From positions 1-64,000 of IMG/VR virus record IMGVR_UViG_3300014205_000170: a stretch of DNA of 64,000 nucleotides. One strand, given 5' to 3'. A model generated the notes under the pieces. That model did not search any database, was not told where the DNA came from, and saw only the letters and a program-made list of their open reading frames with translations. The position numbers and the translations under genes are program-made. The DNA is from a virus (lineage: Duplodnaviria > Caudoviricetes). Shown one piece after another: positions 10,903-21,507 of this stretch. The number at the start of each line of letters is the position of its first letter. The first letter of the stretch is position 1.

Positions 10903-11313
10903 ATGGGATGGCTAGAAGATAAACAAAAAGTATTTTTAATTAACCTAACAACTTATAACGTTTTTGAAGTTGTTATCCATAACCTTGAAAGTAATCAATA
11001 TATTCATTTCGGAAAAGACGAAGTTAAAGAAGTAGCTTTTTACAGAGCAGGACACAATGTATTGTTTGAATATGATTGTACTGTAAATTATCCTAATGAA
11101 CAATATATGCACAAATGTCGTTGGGGTCGTCCTGATGTGGTAGAGTATATGATTTTCACAACCGAGGAAAAAGCCAAATGGTATTTAAAAAACCACATTT
11201 TACCATATGACGTACACAAACATTCATTTCAAGCAGATTATCATTTAAAAAAATATATGGAATCGGTATCAAAGATAGAAATAATTGAAAATATCAGTAA
11301 CGCCATTAAATAA
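10903..11313 (+). CDS. Hypothetical protein (paralog of 24238 and 25054)
   Basis: ATG 4 nt after class I promoter; shared IF[ST][ST].EKA..LP C-terminal motif. Confidence 0.7.
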   Translation: MGWLEDKQKVFLINLTTYNVFEVVIHNLESNQYIHFGKDEVKEVAFYRAGHNVLFEYDCTVNYPNEQYMHKCRWGRPDVVEYMIFTTEEKAKWYLKNHILPYDVHKHSFQADYHLKKYMESVSKIEIIENISNAIK

Positions 11314-11331
11314 GTTTTCGTATAGTACATT

Positions 11332-11967
11332 ATGCCAAAACAAACCAAACCATTAGGAAAATTAGTATTTAAATTAAAAGACGTTATGCTTTTAGTTAAT
11401 CATTCTTTATCCTCTAAGAAGTTTTTAGAGACTCTTGGCGAAGCATATATTGGTCTTGAACGCAAGACACAAGAAGAAATTGATAATACAGTTAAGGCAG
11501 GGCTACACTTAGTAAAAGACCGTGGCGCTTATTTAATGAGTAACGGAAAGCCTGACTTAATGCGATGGCAAGTAGATAAACAATTTAAGAATAGCCTTAA
11601 AGTTGTTTGTAAAGAATATCAGAAGAAATTACTTTTAGATAACCAATATTGGAGAGATAAGTTACCCGATTATGTAGAGGCAAATCAAACGAAAGACCCT
11701 GTGGAATTTGCTGCAAGGTTTGGAGGAGAAAAAGAAATACCTTTTCTTAAATATCGTTATGTGATATATGCAAAAGGATTTAATCCTAATGAAGTTGCTT
11801 TTGAAGATTGGTATGATAAACTTCATAAAATTTGTGGTGGGGATGATTTTGTGGAACTGCTTGATTATAACATGATTCAAATTATCAAAAAAGCTGATGC
11901 TCACAAATTGTGGAAAACTCTCATCATTACAATGTACAAAGATAGTTTCCAAATAGATTTTAATTAA
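11332..11967 (+). CDS. DUF3085-like protein
   Basis: LHLVKDRGAYLM, YAKGFNP, GGDDFVE motifs. Confidence 0.7.
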   Translation: MPKQTKPLGKLVFKLKDVMLLVNHSLSSKKFLETLGEAYIGLERKTQEEIDNTVKAGLHLVKDRGAYLMSNGKPDLMRWQVDKQFKNSLKVVCKEYQKKLLLDNQYWRDKLPDYVEANQTKDPVEFAARFGGEKEIPFLKYRYVIYAKGFNPNEVAFEDWYDKLHKICGGDDFVELLDYNMIQIIKKADAHKLWKTLIITMYKDSFQIDFN

Positions 11968-12372
11968 AATTTTTATCTGTAACTTCCCAAAAAATTAAAT
12001 CGTATAGTACCTTATAACCAAAACAAGCACTATGGAAATTAACAGCAGCTCATTTAAAAAAATCATCGTAAAATCCATTGATGAGGAAAAGAAATTTACC
12101 GAGAAGATGATGGAGTTAGAACGACAATCAGCCACCGCAGAGAATCTTAAGGATATAGACTTAAAGATACGTGTTGGGCATGAGAGTGCAAATTTATATC
12201 GTAAAATCGAAAACTACACAATGGGTAAAATGATTGCTATGGTAATGGCAGTTGAGGAGTGTCCAAATTTTCAGTATAATTAATTCGCCTAACAAATGAG
12301 AAAAACAAATCGTATGCACCGAGCAAGACCACCGACCGAAGATGCGCTTTAAGAAACATATTTTATTTATAT

Positions 12373-12410
12373 AAAACCTCCCAAAGTTAAAAGTTGGGAG
12401 GTTTTGTTTT
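12373..12410 (+). terminator. Rho-independent terminator
   Basis: AAAACCTCCCAA/TTGGGAGGTTTT hairpin. Confidence 0.75.
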
Positions 12411-12450
12411 TATGTGTAATACGGTTCCAAAAAAGGTCGTATAGTACACT

Positions 12451-12876
12451 ATGAAAAAGATAATACTATTAACAGTCCTTATGTTTTGCTTTGTCAAATC
12501 ATACGACGTAATTCAAATTGTAAATCACAAAACTCATTCGGTTGAGAAAAAAGTGGATAAACCTACTTTTAAAGTAACAGCGACCATGTATTATGCCGTG
12601 GTTGGTCAATGTGATGATTCTCCTTTAGTAACGGCTTGTGGCTATAAAATCAATCCAAACAAAGCAAGTGAGCATAAATGGATAGCGGTATCAAGAGACC
12701 TTTTAAAGAAGTTTAAGTACGGAGACAAAGTCCAGCTAAGTAATGCTGGTGATAAGGATGAAATTTACATTATAGCAGATACCATGAACAAACGTTTTAA
12801 AAATAAGATTGATATTCTCGAAACAAAAGGAACACCATTGTATAAATTAACAGATGTTGTTTTAACAAAAGTGTAA
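12451..12876 (+). CDS. Secreted 3D (Asp-Asp-Asp) domain protein, putative peptidoglycan-active
   Basis: Signal peptide, VTATMY, TACG, IAVSRD, IADT, IDI. Confidence 0.75.
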   Translation: MKKIILLTVLMFCFVKSYDVIQIVNHKTHSVEKKVDKPTFKVTATMYYAVVGQCDDSPLVTACGYKINPNKASEHKWIAVSRDLLKKFKYGDKVQLSNAGDKDEIYIIADTMNKRFKNKIDILETKGTPLYKLTDVVLTKV

Positions 12877-12907
12877 CACAGATAAACCTTATTTCGTATA
12901 GTACAAT

Positions 12908-13942
12908 ATGAGCAATCAAATAGATAAAATAGAAAATGCCGAAGACTTACAAGCAGCAGAGGCTAGAATAAAGTTTCTACAAAATTCTTCTGAGTCTATT
13001 AGGACTCAATTAAAAGACCTTAGAAAAAAAACAATTCAAAATCTTTTATCTATGTTTTTGCAAAATGTTACGATTGCACCGGAACGTAAAATTGCCATTT
13101 TCATAGATGAACAATCTGTGACTGTAAGATATATATGGAATGTAGAAAAATCACATAGCACTGATATGAATTTCCGCATTGCTAAAAAGTATGATGTATT
13201 TGAATATTCAGAAATCAGAAATACACTTGCAACAAAAAATAACATTAGTATTAATAGTCCTTATGCGTTTAGTTTTAATGGTTCAGGAATTGATTTATTA
13301 AACAGAGAAGGTGAAAGAAAAGATTTTGATATTGTAGAGGAGCATTTAGCTATTTCTACTTACTTGTTGAAAGAATTTAAGTATAATGGTTTATTTGTAC
13401 AAAACATTACGGAATCTTTTACTGAGATGCGAGTACTGTGGGATGAGTTGGATAATGTTTACTCGGAAGGGAGAAATCTCAACGGAACGATAAGTAATTA
13501 TAACACTGAACAGTGTCGAGCAGAAGTGTTAAGTGCTGATTATATCAAAGAAGGAAATGTAATTGTCGTTAAATTAAAAAAGAAGGAATTTGTTCATGTT
13601 ATAGCTTATCATATACTTCAATCAAAAAAGAAAACTTTTGTACACAAAACAACATTGGTTGAGGTAAGATGTGACTTCGGGAGAGATGATAAAACTAAAT
13701 TTTATTTAAATATTAACTATCGTTCGTCCGATACTCGTCGAGACAAATCACATATTAATAGTTGGTTAACAAGTCATAAAGCGTCGGGAGACGAGATATT
13801 AATTTATACAGAGGAAGAATGGAAAGATTACATAGATTTAGTTCGAACTGAAACTGAAAATATTACTCAAAGTAATAAATTAGAAAAACATTATGCAGAA
13901 AGGTCGGCATACTATGAAAAGATTTATAAACTTGATAGATAA
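12908..13942 (+). CDS. Hypothetical protein
   Basis: 344 aa bracketed by class I promoters. Confidence 0.8.
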   Translation: MSNQIDKIENAEDLQAAEARIKFLQNSSESIRTQLKDLRKKTIQNLLSMFLQNVTIAPERKIAIFIDEQSVTVRYIWNVEKSHSTDMNFRIAKKYDVFEYSEIRNTLATKNNISINSPYAFSFNGSGIDLLNREGERKDFDIVEEHLAISTYLLKEFKYNGLFVQNITESFTEMRVLWDELDNVYSEGRNLNGTISNYNTEQCRAEVLSADYIKEGNVIVVKLKKKEFVHVIAYHILQSKKKTFVHKTTLVEVRCDFGRDDKTKFYLNINYRSSDTRRDKSHINSWLTSHKASGDEILIYTEEEWKDYIDLVRTETENITQSNKLEKHYAERSAYYEKIYKLDR

Positions 13943-13979
13943 GTGTAACGTGTCTCCCTTTAAAATCGTATAGTACAAC

Positions 13980-14402
13980 ATGAAACAAGCAAACAAAACA
14001 AAAATATTAAAGTTGTTAGCTAAACTTTTAGCAGACTATAAAAAAACCAATACTACAGTAATCCAGGAATTTCCTACTGAGGATGAAAAAAAAGAGTTAG
14101 CAAAACTCGATGCGGAAGTTGAAAAGTATAAAAAAGATTTTAAGGCATTGCTTAAAGTTGAAAAGAAAAAGATGTTCTTTCTTTTTATGAATCACAAGTC
14201 TGGAGAACATGGTTTATCAGCTCATGCTACTATTAAAGAGTTAAAAGCAGAAGTTCAATCGGTTGTTGATTTAATTAAAGATGATGCAACAGAAGCACAA
14301 TATAATGATGATTGCAACATTGTTGAAGAAATCACAGGAGATGGTGATTTTTATGAATTATCTGATACCACATGGTTTGATGTTTTTGAAGTAGAAGTGT
14401 AA
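13980..14402 (+). CDS. Hypothetical protein
   Basis: Bracketed by class I promoters. Confidence 0.75.
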   Translation: MKQANKTKILKLLAKLLADYKKTNTTVIQEFPTEDEKKELAKLDAEVEKYKKDFKALLKVEKKKMFFLFMNHKSGEHGLSAHATIKELKAEVQSVVDLIKDDATEAQYNDDCNIVEEITGDGDFYELSDTTWFDVFEVEV

Positions 14403-14772
14403 CGCACAAGAAATAAAAATCGTATAGTACAACATGAAAACAATCACAATAAATAATCTATCTATTCAAATAGATGTTAATGAAGGAGAAGATAATGTAA
14501 AGGCAGCCCACGAAGCTATTATGCTCATTAATCAATCATTACAAAGAGAAACTCATGGATTGGGTGCGCAAATTTTAAGTAGTGGTTTGGATGGGTCGGA
14601 TATTCAAGAAAGTAAAAACGAAGAAGAAGAAATCTAACTTCAAATAAGTGTAACACCTACGAAATAAAAATCGTATAGTACATTCTAAAAGGAACTCAAT
14701 GAAGAGTCTCGCAAAACGGCCAGCGAGTGTATAAGTGGTCGAAGTAAAAACAAGAAAGAGAGGAAAAAAAGT

Positions 14773-15069
14773 ATGAAGTTCAAAATGCTCATGTTCTTGA
14801 TGGTAAGTTGCATCTGCATCGCCATCGCCAACACAGACCGGCACACGCCCAACTATGGAATAGAGAATTCCAAGGCTCAGCCCAGTGTGGCAGAGGTAGT
14901 TACTAAAGTAACTGCACCTGCCCCAACTACGACCGAAACAAATCGTAAGATTAGGGACGTGGATAGTCGGGATGGCAAAACATCTATTCTACATAAAAAC
15001 ATTACCGCGTGTACCGAAAGTAAAGTTAACCATTACGGCAAAGTTTGTCGAGTCCGGTGGCTCTCCTAA
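14773..15069 (+). CDS. Putative secreted protein
   Basis: Signal-peptide-like N-terminus; structured leader. Confidence 0.5.
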   Translation: MKFKMLMFLMVSCICIAIANTDRHTPNYGIENSKAQPSVAEVVTKVTAPAPTTTETNRKIRDVDSRDGKTSILHKNITACTESKVNHYGKVCRVRWLS

Positions 15070-15215
15070 GTAAGTAACAAAAAACAAAAAAAATAATATA
15101 AGGCAATATGCCACGAGGTTTTGACCTCAACAAAAGAATTAAGACCGACGCTCATAGCCTCGGTCTTTTCTACTTTAAGTGTAACACTTCTTATTAATTA
15201 TTCGTATAGTACAAT

Positions 15216-15569
15216 ATGAACAAGATAGAATCATTTTTAAATCAAATTATCGCAGAAGCTCGTTCTGATGAAAAACAGTATGAGAACGATAAGACTCCAG
15301 CAAACAAAGGTTTGTATGAAGAGTATAAGGCTAAACGAGAAATGTTTGAGGAAATTAAGCGTTTGTTACTTACAAACAAACAAATCTCCCTTACAAAGGA
15401 AACTTGTGATTTTGTTGGAGTAATGTTCAGTTCATTTGTAAATAGATTACAAGAACAACAAAAAACAGCCCCGACTCCTGATATAAGAGCGGTGTACGAT
15501 AAGAATATCAATCAAGGTTATGCATCTTGGAAGGAGTTTGAAGAACAAATGCAAAAATTAAAGAAATAA
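15216..15569 (+). CDS. Hypothetical protein
   Basis: Class I promoter. Confidence 0.75.
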   Translation: MNKIESFLNQIIAEARSDEKQYENDKTPANKGLYEEYKAKREMFEEIKRLLLTNKQISLTKETCDFVGVMFSSFVNRLQEQQKTAPTPDIRAVYDKNINQGYASWKEFEEQMQKLKK

Positions 15570-16254
15570 TGGAAAAAGATATTTTAGTTACACAGGAAGG
15601 ACAGAACGTAGTGGTTCAAATTAAAAGCGAGAAGGCTCGTAAAGCGTTCTACAACAAAGAAAAGAACACTACACCAAAAGCTAAGTTAAAAGTTCTTTCC
15701 GAGTCTATTGCAAACATAATTGCTTGGGCTATCATCAATGACCTTACAGTTGAGAGTAAACTGAAAATTGTTTTAAAAGCGAAATAATCTATGAAAATAA
15801 CATACGTTGGAAATACAGAAGAGTCATATACTATTCTTTTAGATGGTAAAGAACAAGTAAAAGTTTCTTTAGGCGAAGATAGCGTCATAGAACTAGTAAA
15901 TCAAATAAGAACAGATTTATCTAATAAACAATATGACAATGGAAAACACACCATAGATATTAAAAAATTGGCTGATTGTATTGTTATAGATGTGTATGAT
16001 TCAGAACTTAAATTTCAGGATGAATTTCATTATTTCTTTTGTGATTATATTTCTTAACTGTAACAATTTAAAAACACTTTTCGTATAGTACCTTATGGAA
16101 AACAAACCCGAAACCCCTGAAGAAAAAGTTGAAAGAGAAATCAACGAATACCTGGCCAGAGTGCCAAAAGTACCGGATACATTAGGTGTACTTTAACATT
16201 TAAGAGTGAAACAAAAGGAACCACATTTCGTTTAAACTTTAAAAAGGAGCCAAA

Positions 16255-16674
16255 ATGTTAATTGAAATTTTTGATTTTTCTATTTTAAGAAAAAGAAAGC
16301 AAGAACAAGAACGCAGAGAACAATATGTTAAAATGATGTCTAAGACTAAAGTACATTTTAACGGTGTGCGTGTAAATGAAGAACTGGTTGGAAAAATCCT
16401 ATCAGCCAAATCAGACGAGGTCATCACTGAGTCATCATATAAAGTTCCAGTACAAAGTTCAGTAGACCGACCAATGAGTTTTGGTAATAACGTTTTCGCT
16501 TGGTTAGATTATATCAGACAAGAAGCTAAAGACATAATGAATAAGAACCATTCTTATGAAAAAAACGAAAAGGATACTGAACATAAAGCAGCTCTTGAAA
16601 ATGACACCAAGATTCTAACACAGCGTAGAAAATTCTTTCAAGACTTTGGAGTTCTCCCTAAGCAGATGGCTTAA
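16255..16674 (+). CDS. Hypothetical protein
   Basis: 139-aa ORF. Confidence 0.7.
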   Translation: MLIEIFDFSILRKRKQEQERREQYVKMMSKTKVHFNGVRVNEELVGKILSAKSDEVITESSYKVPVQSSVDRPMSFGNNVFAWLDYIRQEAKDIMNKNHSYEKNEKDTEHKAALENDTKILTQRRKFFQDFGVLPKQMA

Positions 16675-16742
16675 GAGTTTTTTGGTTGATTGAAACTTTT
16701 ATCGTAGATTTACGTTTCATAATAAACCATAAAATTATAACT

Positions 16743-17156
16743 ATGACTTTCGACAATTATCTGAAAACTTCTGGTATGGGAGCAGTAAAGCAAGCAATTG
16801 CTAATGCTCTGTACAAAGACAAAACCTCTGCCGAGGCGCTTCTAAAAATTTTAAAGACCTTCCCAGAAAACCGAGGAAAGAAATCATCCCAGATGAAATC
16901 GCACATTACAATGGTGCAAAATGATTTGGTAAAACACGGTCTACTTACAGCTACAAAAGTTACGGCTACTGCTGCTAAGAGTGTAAAATCCACCAAAACA
17001 ACAGCACCGGTAAAAACCGCCGCCAAAAAAGTAACATTAAAAACTATCTCAAAAACCAAAAGACTCTCCCTAAAGGACGTTAAAACTCTTTTGAGAGGTT
17101 CTGGTTTCCGATTGGCCATTACAATTAAGCCGATTCGCAAGACAGCTAAGAAATAA
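16743..17156 (+). CDS. Basic K/T/A-rich protein, possible nucleoid-associated protein
   Basis: TAAKSVKSTKTTAPVKTAAKK linker; ATG 16743; followed by terminator 17162-17189. Confidence 0.55.
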   Translation: MTFDNYLKTSGMGAVKQAIANALYKDKTSAEALLKILKTFPENRGKKSSQMKSHITMVQNDLVKHGLLTATKVTATAAKSVKSTKTTAPVKTAAKKVTLKTISKTKRLSLKDVKTLLRGSGFRLAITIKPIRKTAKK

Positions 17157-17725
17157 AAATCAAAACCACTTTAACAGAGTGGTTTTTTTGTTTTAGGTGT
17201 AACGTGGTTGGATTTTACTTCGTATAGTACGGTATAAAACAAAACAATATGAACAGAACATTCTTTTTTATCATTATCGCTTTAATCATCGCAATTGTGC
17301 TTGCTCACGTTTCGTATGGTTTAAAAGCTAAAAGCGAAGGTAAGTCGGTTTATACTATTACAGTATATAATTTTGGTGTAGCGGAAGGAGACACTTATAT
17401 AACGGACAGTATTATTTCTCAAGACGGAAACAAAATAATGTTTTTTGATATGCTTGGTAGAAAACAAACTGTATCAGGTTCAGGAATAACTGTAACGCAA
17501 TACTAAATTAAATCGTATAGTACAACATGAGAATAAAGAAAAATAAAAACGGAACATATACTCTTGAAGAAGTATCGTTGGGTAAATTACAAGCAATGGT
17601 ACGTGGCATTGACGATTTAGAAGAGCTGCATGAAAGACATCATATTTCCATACTTCTTGACGATGTGAGAGGAGCAATTAAAAACAATCCTGATTATATC
17701 AAGGATACCAAACAAGCATAACACA

Positions 17726-17791
17726 TTCTAAGATGAAGCCGTAGAATCAGGTAAGTTGCGGACGAAATAAAATTATCCTGTTATCTTAGAA
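17726..17791 (+). ncRNA. Candidate structured RNA upstream of tRNA-like gene
   Basis: TTCTAAGAT/ATCTTAGAA closing stem, CCGTAG/TTGCGG hairpin, possible CAGG/CCTG pseudoknot. Confidence 0.4.
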
Positions 17792-17798
17792 TAAATAT

Positions 17799-17872
17799 GG
17801 AGAGGTAGCTCAGTTGGTAGAGCAGCGGCCAAGAAAAACCGTGTGTCGGATGTTCGATTCATCCCTTCTCCA
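17799..17872 (+). tRNA. tRNA-like RNA, second copy of 4818
   Basis: Acceptor GGAGAGG/CTTCTCC; same aberrant anticodon arm. Confidence 0.75.
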
Positions 17873-18157
17873 CAACAAATAATAAAATAAGCAATATGAA
17901 AAAAGGATTTTTTGATGTACATGTAAATCATGGAGGAGGTGTAGGATTTTCAGTTTTTATAACTGGTACAGTTGTAAACAATTGGGAAAAACAAGATATA
18001 ATTGGAATTGCAATTGACCAAGGTAAAATCGAACCTGATGATGACAAGTACGTTGATAACGTAACTGAAATCACAGAAGAAGAATATAATAAAGCAATAA
18101 AATAAATATTTTTATTTCCTTGTAACTTTTATGTAACTGGGAACGTTAAAGTAGTAA

Positions 18158-18237
18158 GTTTGCAAAGAATGTTGGCCGCATGACCGTTCCGGCTACTAAA
18201 ACCCAAAGGTCATAAATCATGGGACTAAATTGCAAAC
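18158..18237 (+). ncRNA. Candidate three-way-junction RNA with kissing loops
   Basis: GTTTGCAA/TTGCAAAC, TGGCCG/CGGCTA, CCCA/TGGG; loops ATGACC/GGTCAT complementary; variant promoter at 18122. Confidence 0.5.
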
Positions 18238-18244
18238 AATATAA

Positions 18245-18344
18245 GGAAGTATAGCTCAGGGGTGGTGAATCGAAAGGTTAATCTTTAAGAGCAATGCCCT
18301 GAAAAAGCATGTGTCGGAGTGTTCGAGTCCTCCTACTTCCACCA
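18245..18344 (+). tRNA. tRNA-Phe(GAA)-like with expanded D loop, CCA encoded
   Basis: GGAAGTA/TACTTCC-ACCA, anticodon loop CTGAAAA, 31-nt D loop. Confidence 0.7.
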
Positions 18345-18381
18345 CCTAAGTACCAAGCCTAGCTTGTGGAAAAGGAACAAG

Positions 18382-18416
18382 AAAACCTCAACGGCAGACG
18401 TTGGGGTTTTCTTTTT
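18382..18416 (+). terminator. Rho-independent terminator
   Basis: AAAACCTCAACG/CGTTGGGGTTTT. Confidence 0.75.
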
Positions 18417-18455
18417 AAATGTAACATCGGTTTAATTTATTCCGTATAGTACGTT

Positions 18456-19127
18456 ATGAGAAAACAAACAGAAATCGACAGGATGATTAAAGCTCTTTTA
18501 AAACAAAGAGAAGCATTACCTGAAATAAATTTTTTCAATGAAAATAATCATATTCTGATTGATACTCAAATTGAAATCCTGGAAGGTAAAATCCTTTCAG
18601 AGGACGAAGTTTATGATAGAGAGGATGAGTTCTCGGAAGGTCAACCTTCCGATGTTTGTCAAGCATTTGATTGGTTACATGAAAGGATAAAGGATGAAGA
18701 TTTAGTGGATGCAGAATATTTGGAAAATATTGAAGAAGAAGAAACAAAACCTAAATTAAAAGTTTGCAGTAAATTGTGCGGAGAATGTCCTTTCAGCAAT
18801 AAATCAATAAGAGGCTGGTTGACAGACTATACTATTGAGGACATCAAAACATTTCAAAGAAATGATGGATTATTTCCATGTCATAAAATGGTAGAGGGCG
18901 ATGGTTTATCTCAAGCAGAGGTTTCTAAAGCAATTGAAGCTGGTGAGATGAAAATGTGTCGCGGATATGTGGAGTCGATTGTAAAGTCAGCTAAACTGCC
19001 ACAGAAAGGTTCAGCGTTGTATGAAGCATATCTTACAGTAAAAGCAGAAGGTACATCAGAAAAATCAATGACCATCTGGGATTTTGAAAAACACCACACT
19101 GTATTTCAGGAAAAGAAAAAGAAGTAA
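18456..19127 (+). CDS. Hypothetical protein with C-terminal Cys/His metal-binding domain
   Basis: CGECPF, FPCHK, MCRG. Confidence 0.7.
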   Translation: MRKQTEIDRMIKALLKQREALPEINFFNENNHILIDTQIEILEGKILSEDEVYDREDEFSEGQPSDVCQAFDWLHERIKDEDLVDAEYLENIEEEETKPKLKVCSKLCGECPFSNKSIRGWLTDYTIEDIKTFQRNDGLFPCHKMVEGDGLSQAEVSKAIEAGEMKMCRGYVESIVKSAKLPQKGSALYEAYLTVKAEGTSEKSMTIWDFEKHHTVFQEKKKK

Positions 19128-19321
19128 AGTATTACTTTAAGTAAAAACCTTTATCGGCTGAAATACAGAATCTAAAGAATTTTAAGTAAAAAAACTCAAG
19201 ATAACTCTTGGGTTTTTATGTTTTTTGTACTAAGTTTGTATCATAAGTAGCTTTCACAAGCAGCTTTTTTTGTTTTGGTAATGGTAAAAAGCTCAATCTA
19301 TAAACGGTTGGGCTTTTTGCT

Positions 19322-19575
19322 TTTCCAGATATCTGGTCGCTGGCCCTGAAGATATCCCGGTCTCTTCAGGAAGGCTGGTACCTTTTTTATTACGCAGATA
19401 TACGATTAATCAAAATAGAATTCTGCCAACCGTTCTGTTCTTAGATAAATCTACCATTCCCATAAAATGATTATATTTGCATGGTATAAAAAACAAATAA
19501 ATTCAATTCTGCAGGTCCGGATGTGACCAGGGATATCCGGGTCTCCTGGTTCCAGATATCTTCAGAACTGGTGGC
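19322..19575. repeat. Class II element with GC-rich flanks
   Basis: Motif 19396-19432(-); clusters of CCAG/CTGG/CCGG/GATATC on both sides. Confidence 0.7.
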
Positions 19576-19786
19576 GTAGATATGTGTAACTTGCTTTTTA
19601 TATTTATCGTATAGTACATAAAGAGATACAGTATGAGAAAGAAAGTATTCGTAAATGGTTTTGAGTGGTGGATAGATACAGTAAAGTATATTATCTATGA
19701 AACTTCAACCTCAACAGAAGGAACCAGCTTGTTCTCAAATTTCTTAACTGGAAGCGAAAGAAAACAATTTTATAATAAATTACGTT

Positions 19787-20344
19787 ATGACAGGTAAAAT
19801 CCTCCCAATCGTAGGTTACGGTTCTCCTATCTTAAAAGAGATGTGTGTAGAGGCAGAAAATAATCCAGAGACTCTGAGTCTTGTGGATAATCTCCTTGCC
19901 ACCATGTATGGATTGGGAAGCGCAGTAGGTTTAGCAGCACCTCAAGTAAATTCCAACTCAAGAATATTTGTGATGTGTGTACAAGGTGAGGAAACAGTAA
20001 TGATAAATCCGGTTGTTATTAGTCGTGGCGGCAAACAAAAATCTGAAGAGGGTTGTATGAGCATACCCGGCCTTAATGGAATTGTTCCTGATAGAAATGA
20101 AATTATGAACGTTGAATATTATGATTCAAAGTTTAATAAAAAGCAATTGCGCTTAAGAGGATTCGCTTGTATTGTATTTCAACATGAGTATGACCACCTC
20201 AACGGTATTTTATATACTGATAGGATGACCAAGGAAGGCAGAGAGAAGATCGCTGACCAGTTGGCTACTCTTGAAAAAGGACATACGAGAACACATTACG
20301 ATATGATTTTCCCTAAAACCGATATAATTCAAATAAAACTATAA
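19787..20344 (+). CDS. def: Peptide deformylase
   Basis: GLAAPQ, EGCMS, QHEYDHLNG motifs. Confidence 0.95.
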   Translation: MTGKILPIVGYGSPILKEMCVEAENNPETLSLVDNLLATMYGLGSAVGLAAPQVNSNSRIFVMCVQGEETVMINPVVISRGGKQKSEEGCMSIPGLNGIVPDRNEIMNVEYYDSKFNKKQLRLRGFACIVFQHEYDHLNGILYTDRMTKEGREKIADQLATLEKGHTRTHYDMIFPKTDIIQIKL

Positions 20345-20617
20345 TGAAGGATTTGACAGTTAATGCCGTAAAACAGTTTATTCAGGCAAATAAGCTATGC
20401 GAAATAGAAGTGGCCTCAGTACTTGACAAAGATATTAACAAGTCTCTGAGAGCCGTTGTGTCTCCCTTTGATGGTTTTAAATACCATGAGACCAAGTTCA
20501 GGCTTTATAATCAAAAGAAGCTCGTTAAAGAATATTCAGGAACCGAGCTTGAGCAAGCAGTAAAAGCTTTTAACGAAATAGTGTAACGCAATTCTCCCTT
20601 AAATCGTATAGTACAAC

Positions 20618-21115
20618 ATGGAAGAAAATTCAAACCTAAAAATAGTTCAACGTTTATTAGAACTTTCCAGAAATGAACCTGGATATAATGAGGAACGTCC
20701 AATGTTTCCGAGAGAATATAAACAGGAACAGATATGGCTTGCAAATATTTTAAGTGATTCTCTTCATAAAGAAGAAAGGAATTTTAAAGCCATTTTCACT
20801 ATGGCCGTCGCTGAATATAAAATGAATTTAAAAAAAGGAAAAGGCTATGGATGGTTTAATTCCGGCACAGCAGAAAAATTAGAATGGTCAAACACACATA
20901 TTAACCAAATGACATATGCTATTTATGGTGAAAGATTTGAAAGACCACTTCGTTTTAAATCATCACTAAAAAATAAAGCCTATAAGGATTTTATTAATCA
21001 AATTGACCGTACAGTCTTAATGACACCTAGGCAACTTAAAAAACATAATTCTGATATAAACAGAATTTCTAAGGAATTAGTGAAAGAAATTTTAGCAAAA
21101 TCCAAAAAAGTGTAA
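20618..21115 (+). CDS. Hypothetical protein
   Basis: Bracketed by class I promoters. Confidence 0.75.
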   Translation: MEENSNLKIVQRLLELSRNEPGYNEERPMFPREYKQEQIWLANILSDSLHKEERNFKAIFTMAVAEYKMNLKKGKGYGWFNSGTAEKLEWSNTHINQMTYAIYGERFERPLRFKSSLKNKAYKDFINQIDRTVLMTPRQLKKHNSDINRISKELVKEILAKSKKV

Positions 21116-21146
21116 CACCAATTTAAACAAAATCGTATAGTACAAC

Positions 21147-21461
21147 ATGGGACATAAAACTCAAAATATTAAGCTAGTTTTCATTGGAAAAGAATTGTAT
21201 GTAAGTGCTTACGAAGCGAATAAACGTTACCCATTATTCAGCGATATTGGATTTTATTATCAAAAAACTAATAAGGATTTTGAAATTCAAGTAAGAACAA
21301 ATATAGGCTGGGATAAAGCAACTGCTAAAACTTCTGAAGAAGCTAAAGAAAAATTAATAGAACTTTACGAAGCTTATCAAAATCGCTATCAATATCACCT
21401 TGCTAGTCTTTTTAAAACACACAAACCTAAAAACATTAAGGTTTCTATATTAAAAGCGTAA
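21147..21461 (+). CDS. Hypothetical protein
   Basis: Bracketed by class I promoters. Confidence 0.75.
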   Translation: MGHKTQNIKLVFIGKELYVSAYEANKRYPLFSDIGFYYQKTNKDFEIQVRTNIGWDKATAKTSEEAKEKLIELYEAYQNRYQYHLASLFKTHKPKNIKVSILKA

Positions 21462-21507
21462 CACAGTTTTAAATAAAATCGTATAGTACACAAACAAACA
21501 ATAAAAC

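Noticed and set aside
17726-17791. Hammerhead ribozyme call
   Set aside because: GATGA and CGAAA are present but the canonical CUGANGA core and stem order are not satisfied
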